NCBI RefSeq assembly: GCF_000315625.1
Contig: NW_005434550.1
Span: 62,001-126,000, forward strand
Reading direction: 5' to 3'
Source of the DNA: Guillardia theta CCMP2712
Taxonomy: Eukaryota; Protista; Cryptophyta
DNA: 64,000 nt
Every line of letters starts with the position of its first letter. Position 1 is the first letter of the stretch. Positions 49,577 to 59,906 of the stretch are shown piece after piece. The position numbers and the translations under genes are program-made. The notes under the pieces were generated by a model, which was given only the letters and a program-made list of their open reading frames with translations, searched no databases and had not been told where the DNA came from.

Positions 49577-50923
49577 ATGGCAACATACCACACAATCGAT
49601 GGTAAATTCCTTATGAAACTTCATGGGAACGTTGAAGTATATGAAAAGGTTTAATTCGAAGACTGGAAGATATTCATGTAGAAATCTCGGATGGAGTGGT
49701 AAACAAGGAAGATCGATCATGGCCAAACTTACGCACCTTTGGTAGAGCGAACTTACAGGCAGCAAACGTGACGAAAGAAGCCCTCTCCAAATCGCTCAGG
49801 CATCCTTGTACAATCCCGTGGACCTCTCTGACTTGATAGCCAGTCCGACTGCATCGATCAGATCGAGTTGCTAAGAAGGAGTGTTCACAGAAGAGACGAG
49901 CTCTTCGCTCAGGTTGTTGAAGACATGCTGTTCTACTACACTCTCTGACTGCCCATGTCTCTGCAGGGAAAGAATAGATCGGTCGATGGCATTGCGGCGG
50001 CAGCAGCAGTACGACGCGATCTCAACGAGCTGGCCATGAAAGCGGAGAAGTGATGGAGTCCAGTAAGAGCGCAGTTGTTCTTACACGTTCTCTCACAGGC
50101 TGGAAAAGATTCATGCCAACTCATACAAGGGAAGCGACAGTGAAATGAGCCACGAGGTTCACGCCATACTCAAGAACATCGACATCTGCATCAAGGTAGC
50201 TGCTGCTGTCGTGGTCCTCCATGGTTGGCCTGACGATGATTCTCAGCGCGAGAAGGAAGCTGGCTCTACGAGTGTGAAGAAAAGCACGAAAGTGAGCTTC
50301 TCCCTAGAGATCCGAGACATATGACTGACTTCTCCCTCAGGACGAGAAGCTGTTTCACTCACTCCATCACGGTCCCAACAGCCGGGTCGACAGCAACACC
50401 CGCATCGTACCTCCCATGTGCCACATCCCGGTCAGTCACCCTCGAGCAGGAGATCGACGACTCCTTGCGCGAGCGTCTCATCCATGTCAACCAACGAGAC
50501 GAGGAGCTGGATGGCAGCCTGGACTCCATCGCTGCCGGTGACTGGAATCCTGTCGTGACAGTCGTGCTGATGCTGTTGAAGGCCTTCAGAGACTTCGTGC
50601 CATCGCCACCGACATCCACAACGAAGTTCGCGTGCAGGCGGTCATGATCGACGAGATAGCTATCAAGGTGACCGATGTTCTCCCTCCTCCTCCCTCTGAA
50701 CGCTGCTTGCAGGCGGACAACGCTGAGAACCAGTTGACGAACATGAACAGGAAGATGCACAATGTTCTCAAACAAGCTGGTGGGGACGAGAGTTTCCTCG
50801 TACTTGCATAACGAGATCGCAGGCGGTGCATCGCGGTTTTTCATCAACATAATCCTCTCCTTCATCCTTCTATCCCTGGCTCTTTTCATCTTCCAGGCAC
50901 TTAGGAATGCATCTGGAACCTAG
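49577..50923 (+). CDS. Qc-SNARE, SYP7 (SYP71-73)-like
   Basis: MATYHTIDGLIRRLEDI; KNRSVDGIAAAAAVRRDL; SNARE motif RDEELDGSLDSIAAGLQRLRAIATDIHNEVRVQAVMIDEI; C-terminal TM FFINIILSFILLSLALFIF. Confidence 0.8.
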
Positions 50924-51078
50924 TACATGAAGGCAGAAGCTCTTGGTTGTCTTCTGGAACCTAGTACATGAAGGCAGAAGCTCTTGGTCGTCTCCTAGAA
51001 TCTAATACATGAAGGCAGAAGCTCTTGGTCGTCTCGTAGAATCTAATACATGAAGGCAGAAGCTCTTGGTTGTCTTCT
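50912..51078 (+). repeat. 41-bp minisatellite x4 overlapping the SNARE stop codon
   Basis: Unit TCTGGAACCTAGTACATGAAGGCAGAAGCTCTTGGTTGTCT with minor variants and no spacers. Confidence 0.95.
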
Positions 51079-51306
51079 CCTTCATTTATCTCTCAATCAT
51101 TCTTGATCGTCCTTTCGTGTCTCAACATTTCTTCCCGATGCCCCTCTCTTCCTCCACTCGTTGCGATCGTCTCAACCCCTCTCTACATCTTTCCTTAGTC
51201 CACTTCACCCGAGAGGAGCGTATCGCAGTAAACTTACTACCCCTACCCCCTATTCTCTTGGTATCCCTCCGGGTCCTTTCCCCTAACAAGGATCTGGGGG
51301 GCCGTC

Positions 51307-52602
51307 ATGCTGGTCGGGCGATTCCGCATGGCGATGGCCATGTGCCTGCTGTGTCCGCAGGGAGCAGGAGGAGCGACGACTCTCCTGCCCTCCACCGCTC
51401 GAGCCCTCGCTCGAGGAGCCGTGCTCCGCATCACAGCCGATCTGACAGGCGGGCTTCCTCTCGACCACTGGAAGGTGTGCAGAAGGGAGGGAGTGAAGTG
51501 AAGGTCTGACGAGTAGGCAGACGAGGAGCATCCGGCACCCCGAGGAGTCTGCGCTACAGGCTCTCAAGGCTGTCTACCAGCAGCAGGGGGGGCTCGGAGC
51601 TTACTGGGCGGGTCTGCCCGCGAAGCTTATCGAGGGATCGCTGTGTGGGGCCGCGCTCATGGCGACTAAGGAGGGGATGAGGGCAGCGCTGGTGCAAGCT
51701 CGAGTGCCGCTAGCCGAGTCGGCTATAGGAGGGATCGCAGGGATAGCAGGAGGAATCGGATCATGTCTCGTCCTCGCTCCCACCACCATGCTCGTCCTCA
51801 CGACTGCCACGACTGGGAAGCCGGCGCTGACGACTCTGAGGGACGTTGCGGAGGGGAAGCGAAACTTCCTTGAGCTGTACACGGGAGGAGGATCTCTTGC
51901 TCTACGAGAAGCAACGAACTGGTTCGAGAGGGGAGGGGAGGAGGAAGAGGAAGATGAGAGACTGTCACAGGGCATCGCGTGAGGGTCTGACCGGACTAGC
52001 GAGAAACTGGTTGAAGAGGTCCCCTCCTGCACTGCGCCTTCTCCCCGAGCATCTCCCCTCCTCCTTCCTCCTCCTCCCTCCTCCTCCCTCCACGAACGAT
52101 GCTGTTCAGCATCACTTTTCTCACATCCCCCGTAGACAAGGTGTAGGCAAAGGAGCAGCGCTGGAGATAGGAAGCGGGGTGATTGGAGGTGTACTAGCAT
52201 GCTGGAATCATCCGTTTGAGGTCTTACTCTGCCTTCTCCTCCCCCTCTTTCCTCCCTTTCCTCCTACTCCTCCCTTCCCGTACTTTCGCTGTTCTTTCCT
52301 CCCACTCTTCCTCCGGCATTTTTCCTCCTCGCTCGTCTCTTTCCTCCTCCGCTCCCTTCTCCTCCTCCCTCCCTCCTCACCTCCTCGGCCTCGGGCATGA
52401 CGGGTCGCAGATCGCGAGGATCCGGCAGCAGAGAGATCAGGTGCTGCTAGGAGGGAGCAAGGAGAGCACGCTGGATACGATGAGGAAGGTGGTGGAGAAG
52501 GAGGGGCCGCACGGCCTCTACGTCGGTCTCGTCCCTCGCTGCGCCCTGTCGGCATGGCTGACAAGCTTCATGGTTGTCGCTCCCCGGCTCTTGTTCAAGT
52601 GA
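51307..52602 (+). CDS. Mitochondrial carrier (SLC25), YHM2-like citrate/oxoglutarate carrier
   Basis: GLPLDHWKT, AYWAGLPAKLIE, REATNWASR, ACWNHPFEIARIRQQ, EGPHGLYVGLVPR..WLTSFMV. Confidence 0.85.
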
Positions 52603-52612
52603 ATGGAGTCAA

Positions 52613-52678
52613 GAGGAGGAGGAGGAGGAGGAGGAGGAGGAGGAGGAGGAGGAGGAGGAGGAGGAGGAGGAGGAGGAG
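52613..52678 (+). repeat. (GGA)n microsatellite
   Basis: About 21 units just 3' of the carrier gene. Confidence 0.95.
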
Positions 52679-53078
52679 ACGGGGGGAGGGGAGCTGGAGG
52701 AACGGGAGGAAGGAAAGAGGCACGAGAAATGGTGGAACAGAGAGGGGAGTCCAGGAAGGAGTTCACATGTGGATGATGAGAGGAAGGGAGCTTGAGCAAT
52801 GCAGTGAGACGCGGGGAGAAGAAAGGGAGAGTGCAACACAAGATGATGAGGGATAATGGAAGGCGGTGGACGAATAAGAGGGGAGGGGAGGGGAACGTGT
52901 AAGGGAGGAGGAGGAGGAGGGAAGGAGGAGGAGGAGGAGGGGTTTGTTATAGCTTCACGTACAGTAATAGAATGACAGCATAGCTTCCAATGCTCCTCAC
53001 TGACTAGGGACACAGACCCTCAGACCCTCCGAAGAGGAGGAGGAGGGGGAGGAGGTGGAGAAGTAGAAGAGAGAAAGT

Positions 53079-56000
53079 TTATCTTCCTGAAGTCCCGTCC
53101 TTGTTGCCTCCGAACGCAGCTGACTTGGGCGTCTTGCTCCATGTCTTGTCGAAGCCCTGAGAGTTGATCAGCGAGGAGGGAGGGAGAGAGAGGGGAAGAG
53201 AGAGACGGAGCAGGAGTAGGAGAGGAAAGGAGAGGAGAGGAGAGGAAGGAGCAGGAGGAGACCTTGTAAGATGATCCAACAACAGTCTTGAGGTAGTCGC
53301 CGTTCTTCTCGTTGTGCTTCCATGGAATAGCCTTTCCTCCGATGTCCACAACCTGATCATGGGTCACTCCTCCTCCTCCTCTGCTGTCATGCTCCTACCT
53401 CACGATCGTAGCTAGGCTTGTGCGTGTAGACCTCGGCAGGAACCTGAGAAATGAATAAGAACAACCGTTCCTCTAGTCCTCCCTCCCGTTCTATACTCTT
53501 TTTCCTCCTCCTCTTCTCATGGAACCACCCCAACCCCTGCCCCCCCCCCCTCCATGCTCTACTCTCCTCCCTCTGTCCTCTCCTCCCTCTTCACCGTGGA
53601 GTGCACGTATGCGTTGGCCTTCTTGGTGTAGTCGGTGTAGGGCTTGATGATCTTGGTGACATGGTCGCCAATCTCCTCCTTCCAATCCGCAGCATCGTAG
53701 ACCCTCCACTTCTTGTTCTTGTTCTTGGACAGCCATTTCTGCAGAGGAATTAGAGAAAAGAGGAGGAGGAAAGAATGGAGCCTTTCAGAGCACTCGGCAG
53801 TAGAGAAAGTGAGGAGGGAGGGACGAGGAGAAACAAGAATGGAAGAAGAAAGTAGAGGAGGTAGCGAGTGGGGAGGAGGAGGGAGGAAGCAGCGGCACCT
53901 TGTCGTAGTCGAAGAAGGGATTCTTTTCCCTGTACTTGTTCGCATCGCCGAGGTCCACCGAGTCGCCGTTGGACAGCTGGACGCCCTTGAGGGATCCGAG
54001 GCCGATGATGCCCGTCTGAGGGGATCGAGGTGAGAAAATCACGGGAGGGGGAGGGGGAGGAAAAAAGGAGGACACGTCGAGGGCAACAGCATCGGAAGGG
54101 GTGAGGAAGGGAAGAAAGCGAGGAGGGGAAGGAGGAGGTATGAGTCAGGATGAGGCAAGAGGAAGCAGTCGAGAAGAGAAGGATTACCTCATGATATCCC
54201 TCCACGAGCTTGAACGTGTCGTCGGAGCCGGTATCAGGTCCAGCATACTGCAGCACGAGGACCTGGTGGCCCCAGTAGCGTCCTGAAGGAGCTGATGAGA
54301 AGAAGAAGGTGGGAAAGAGGAGGGGAGGAAGAGAGGAAGTCGAAGATACTTCTTACCCATCTTCACGACGGATTCCGGAAGGATCTGATAGTACGCGAGA
54401 GTGTTCTCGTTGGCCAGAGGAGCTCCGTTGTAACTGAGGGACTGCTCGATGGAAGGGATGTCAATGGACTTCGCCAGCTTCTCCTTGAGGTCGTAGACGG
54501 TGGTGGAGCTCGGGAGCTTGAACTTGATCTTGTCACCCTTGGAAGTCTTCACGTAGAACGTCAGCGTGTCGCCACCCTGCATTGCTCCTATCATGTTGTC
54601 GTCGCCAGTCTCTTGCGGGAAGGTCGTCAGGTTTTCCTCCCATGTCGGGTTGGTGACGTAGTCGTCGTCGGTGCCGTCCTGCCTCCACATCAACCTGACC
54701 CCATGCCACCTGGTCCGACCAGTCAGAGACTACCCCCATGGCTCAGAGAGTTTTCCTACCCCTTGTCCAAGTAGATCTGCGCTCTCTTTTCGTGGGGATG
54801 AAGAAAGCCTCCCTCAGCTGCTCAACGTCAGTCAAGTCACATCTAGAGGGCCAGCAGCAGCACCGTCAGCTGAACCGTCGGCGTCGGCGTTCTCAATGAT
54901 CAAGTCGTCGTCGATCTCCAGCTGGAAGGTGGGGATCAGATCGAGCGACTGAGCTGAGAAGCGTTACCGATGAGCCGTCGTCACTGGTCAGAGCGAACTC
55001 GTAGACTCCTCCCTCCTCGATCTTGATCATGCCCTCCGCCATCAGCACAACCTGCCGCGTGGCCTTCAGCACACCCACAAACATCCTGTGAGTGACTTGA
55101 CTCACCATCTTCCTGGGGAAGTTCTCGTCTTGCAGAGCCTCCACCCACTCATCGTGGTTGCGGTAGTCAAAAGTGGCCAACCTAGTCAGACGTCAGAACG
55201 CTCTCCGCCCTTTAGTTGTCTCACCTCGCCGCCGAGTTGGGAGGGTTGAAGAGGGACCGATTCTGGATATCGGAGAGGGAAGGAACAGAAACGTCGGTAT
55301 CACTGAAGTAGGCGAAGCTGACGAGGATGGTAGAGGAGGGCTGAATGTAGTAATCCTTCAAGGTTCTACCGTCAGCTAGGACTATTCCCTGATACATCAG
55401 CTTCTGCTGTGCGGTAGCGATGTTGCTCTGCTCTGCCACCTTCTCACGCAACGTCTCGATGGTGTCTGAGCCGTCCAGGTCGACAGCGAAAGTCTTGCCA
55501 GTGATGGTTTGGACGTACAACTTCATCGGTCCATCTGGGCCAAAGTCACAACAAAATGTTCGCAGCTACTGCTGGTTACCGGGAGTTGGGGTAGATGAGG
55601 AGCTGTAGCCACCTTGGGGAGCCATGTAGTAGAACAGGCAGCCGAATCCTGGCTGCACGTTTCTCTTGGCTTCGACCTTGCCCTTGGCATCGAGGTCGAG
55701 AGCGAAGTGATATCCCATTACATTCCCTTCCTCTCCTCCTGTGTCTGGACCAGTGTACACAACTTGAACAAATGAGTTGCCCTCATCCGGCTTAAAACGA
55801 AAACTTTTAGCCCCAGGCAACCAAACATCAAGATCAACATCACCTGCGGCGCTTTCCAGATGAAAGTGACCTTGTGGTATCCACTCTCCAGTGTGATAGG
55901 ATCAGTGGACTCAGGCCCGCCATTAGGTGCGACGATGATCTGAAACATGTCAAGAAAACAATTCAAAGCATCATGATGACCTGTTTGTTGTCAACGAACA

Positions 56001-56750
56001 AAACGCAGGGGGATGTTGCTGAAAGGTTGAATGTGTAGTCGCCCTTCTTCACCACTTCCATTCTATCAAAAAGGTTTCAGCGTCTAAGAAAGCAAAGGAT
56101 AAGTTTCTTCTTGCTACCTCCCATGAAAGATCGCAACGAACTTGGAGTAATCCGCTGTGTTGTTAGCAGGAAGCGAAGGCCCCGCACTCTCAGCAATGTC
56201 TGCATAGTTTCCAAAGTGCAACGCAGTCTTGAAGGTTTGAGCATCAGGAAGTCCCAGCATAGTCTTCAAGTCGATGAGCTTTCCGGTCATGTCACTGAAA
56301 GAGACGTCTTTCTGCCAGTACATCTTAACTTCGAAGCCTGTTGGGATGTTACTACAACTTGCAATGCAAACAAACGATCAAGATTCACCAGGCTCGGAGT
56401 ACATGGTGTGCAGCAAGCCACTCGAGTCATCGTAATTCTCGATTGCACCGAGTTTCTGTGTAGCTGATTTCAACATCTTTCGTGCAGCAATCATCTTTTG
56501 TGCCGCGCTGGTGTAGATTCTTGCCGCCTTGTCAGTGCGTGAAAGGGCGACCACTCCCACCAAAGCAAGACAAGCTGCAAGCATAGACGAGTACAATGCC
56601 TGACAAGGGCGTCAACAGGCATCGCAAGAGACGTTGCAACGCTACCCTTCGTTTGTTCTTGGAGTTGCGATCATTGAGAAACTGACTTCTGGAGGCAACA
56701 GCTCCGTAGTTGCCATCCGTCACGTTGACCTCGAACACCTCCGACCCGTT
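53079..56750 (-). CDS. Type II membrane protein with two PA14 domains and two ubiquitin-like domains
   Basis: N-terminal YGAV plus TM segment (MLAACLALVGVVAL). PA14 motifs GDYTFNL..LFVDNKQII..LESGYHKV..YTGPDT and GVYEFALTSDDGSSLEIDDDLII..LDKGWHGVRL..YAGPDT. UBLs MKLYVQTITGKTF..DGRTLKDYYIQ and FYVKTSKGDK..NENTLAYYQI. Start is uncertain. Confidence 0.8.
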
Positions 56751-57389
56751 CTAGTCAAGATAACGTCAGTAAAGGCCAATCGCATGGCTCAAACGCATTG
56801 CAGCAAGCTCATGATGTGGATGGATATTCGAGTATTTGGCTTCCGACAACCTTGGGCAGTGAAGAGCAAGAGCAGAGGCAGCAGAGGAGGAGACTATCAA
56901 TAAGGAGGACGAAGAAGCCGGGACGAAGAATACAATCACGATGCTGGTGGTGACGATGATGAGGTGGTGGTGGTGGATGTCAATCAGGCTCGCACGAGCA
57001 TTGAAGCGCGACAAGAGCGCATTTTGATCCTCACCATGATCGACGAGGGTTCTATTTCGGGAGCAGCCCCAGAGACCCATATATAGCTTGGCCTAGGACC
57101 GGGTGATATCTCACCCCGTAGCAATCCTTGTAGAGCCGAATAATAACTAAAACATGGAGTACGGGGAATACAAAAAAAAACAATCAAAATTTGACAAGGT
57201 GCTCAACAACACCCTACTACCTACCCCTCTCACCCGTATTATTGGCTGGGTTGAAATAAACTTTCGAGGACTTGCCTGATTGTTTTAGATGCATGCGGAT
57301 GACATCGATCGTCTCTTAGCAGGTGGTCCAAGATCCAGAGGAAACAAACATTTGAAAAGACGGATGTTCATATCAAAATGAAATTACAC

Positions 57390-59050
57390 TTTTCTAAGAG
57401 GTGATCAGGGGTGTCGCACGGAGAGAAGGCTTTGTAGTTTTCAAACTTGCGCATGGAATAGCGTGGTGCAATGAGTGTGTTGATAAACTTGTTGGTCAAT
57501 TGGTGATTGAGTTTTGGGTGTTGTTTCTTCCATTGATAGGTTGTGTCGACTGCGTGAAGAAAGTGTTTCCACTGGGTTCTGGAGAGTTGCTGGTTGTTGA
57601 TTCGGTGAAGAGCTCTTTAATTTACAGTGTGGTGCTAGAAAACATCTTCCCACCATAGAGATTCCGGCGCAAAGCTGTTCAGGTGATGAAGCAGAGTGAA
57701 CATAACGCTCATGGACGATAGGACGGGCATAACACTGAATTCTCCAAAAACCCACTTTGCGACACGAATATCACAGAAATGGAAGAGAAACAAATAGAGC
57801 AAACCTGTGCCATCAGGATCATCTGAAGAATCAATGCACCCACTTCGAGACACTCTGCAGCGATGGATGCTACTGACAACAGCCTGAAGAAGAAGAAGAT
57901 TCAATGCGAACTCGTTGACCATCTTGTCCAAACCATTTCTGGGGATCTTTGCCAACGCTATACTCCAACGCTGTTTTGAAACACCTGATATTGAGTCAAT
58001 TTGTTTCAAAGTACTAAACGACTCATGAATGAACTTACATTCTGATTGCAGTCACAACTGCAATTAAAGTAGCTAAAGTAGCAACTGCTGACGAGGCTGT
58101 CATGGCCTTGGATCGGAGGCGTCAGCGAAGACAACGAGCGAACAGGCAACATACCACTACGTATGCGAACAAGAACCGGAAATAGTGCAACTGATTGTAG
58201 GGCCTTACTACCCTGTCACCAATTGAGAGACTTATCCTGCATGTTACACGAAGAGACTACCTGACAAATGCTCTACAGAATCCGCAGATTGAAATAAGTG
58301 CAAGACAAATCCGAAAGAAGGTGAACAAAGGAGAACTGTCCGTCCTCATTCTGAGAGTCGGTCAGCGGAGAGGTGTCTGCAGAAGGCAGGACTACTTGGC
58401 AGCAGCGGCAGCACAGCAAGCAGACCCAACGAGTAATCCAACCAGGCCAGCCTTGGCGGCTGCCTCACGTCCATGCCTTGAGCAGTCGATGAGAGTGATT
58501 CTGTAAGAACTTCAGTGAAGCCTCGGAGCTCAACCTAACTCACCTGCTGGCTCTACTCAGCGACTCTGCCTGAAAACAGTCGGCACATCGCGTCCTAGAC
58601 TTCATGATGCTTCCTTTGCTGTTCTTGTTTGGAAGCTCAATGAACAAATCAGGCACCATTCGAAGCATACCACAACTACGTGTGATTGATCCCAGTTGAA
58701 TCCAGTTCTGTAACCAGATCAAAAACAGCCTGACAATCAACGATTAAATCGCACAAAAGTATTCAAGGTAAAACATTGATCAGCGAAGAGACATACCTGC
58801 CTTCATTGAAGGCTTCCGGACAGTGCTGGGGATCCTTGAGAAATCCAGAAAAGCCGACCTTATTTGTCTTGTTGGGAACCGATTTGGATAGGTGGAGGCT
58901 TATTTGTCTTGTTGGGAACCGATTTGGATAGGTGAAGAATAGACCAAGGAGGTACTCGTGTGCTTGCTATGAAGTTTGTAATCTGGGTCTTGCATTCGAG
59001 TTCAGCTCTATATCAAAAAAAAGATAAATCGATATGCCAGCATTGCTCAT
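57390..59050 (-). CDS. Multi-exon hypothetical protein, possibly membrane-associated
   Basis: Minus-strand splice-site pattern and short exon ORFs (57635-58009, 58540-58740). No family recognised. Confidence 0.3.
58859..58934 (+). repeat. 40-bp-period tandem duplication (36 bp identical)
   Basis: CTTATTTGTCTTGTTGGGAACCGATTTGGATAGGTG occurs twice. Confidence 0.9.
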
Positions 59051-59906
59051 TTCTATGTCCTCCCAGGATTGTTGTCATGAAACAAGGCACGCTTTTCCCA
59101 ATCTGTCTTTAGACTTTAATTCATTCCTTCCTTCATTCCTTCCAATTGTTTTCTTCCTTCTGTCTACTCTCTTCTGCTCTCCACTGTGAAAACACAACAC
59201 CATATCAAATTCCCTTATGATTTGTTTCCCTCCTCTCAACATTGAAGTTCATCTACAAATAATCACCTTAGTCAACCCATCACTCATCGTTCTTCCGAAA
59301 ATCTCTCCTCGTATTTCCACTCTATCTCCCAATCTTATCTTCTTAACTAGTTGATCCGCCATCTCCTGCTTTTAGACCATTCATTGCAACTGTTTACTAG
59401 AACACCACCACCCCACTCTGCTACCCATACAACCCCACCCTTGCATAGCACCTACCCCTTTTAACCCCTGGTAGTAGAGTTGCGACTGCTGAAGCGGCCC
59501 CCTTCGCGTTTTAAAACTGAAATAAAACATTGTTGACTTAAGTTGAGTGAAATAACTATGAAATAATAATTGTACTATCTACAATTGAATGTTATATATA
59601 GTTTTTATCTTTAGATGTCAATAGTACAGATTCTTATTTTAAGCTGTAACTAATATAATTTAAGACAGCTAATAACGTTTCACCAATAAAAATAACTGCC
59701 AGATCGTATTGCGAATGAAACGGTCTGAAACAGACGCCTCCAGGAGCCAAAGGACGCGATGGCAATGCGCAAGGGAAGGATGGCGAAGAGTGGGGAGAGG
59801 TGAAGGAGACATGATGTCTTCCTCCTGCAACAGGAAGCATGCAAGGTCAGAAGCACTTGCCTGATTGAGTCTGCTCTACTTAGTTCGGCAACGGTTCATT
59901 CTCAAC

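Noticed and set aside
50912-51078. 41-bp repeats resembling a CRISPR array
   Set aside because: Units are contiguous with no unique spacers, there are no cas genes, and the context is eukaryotic.
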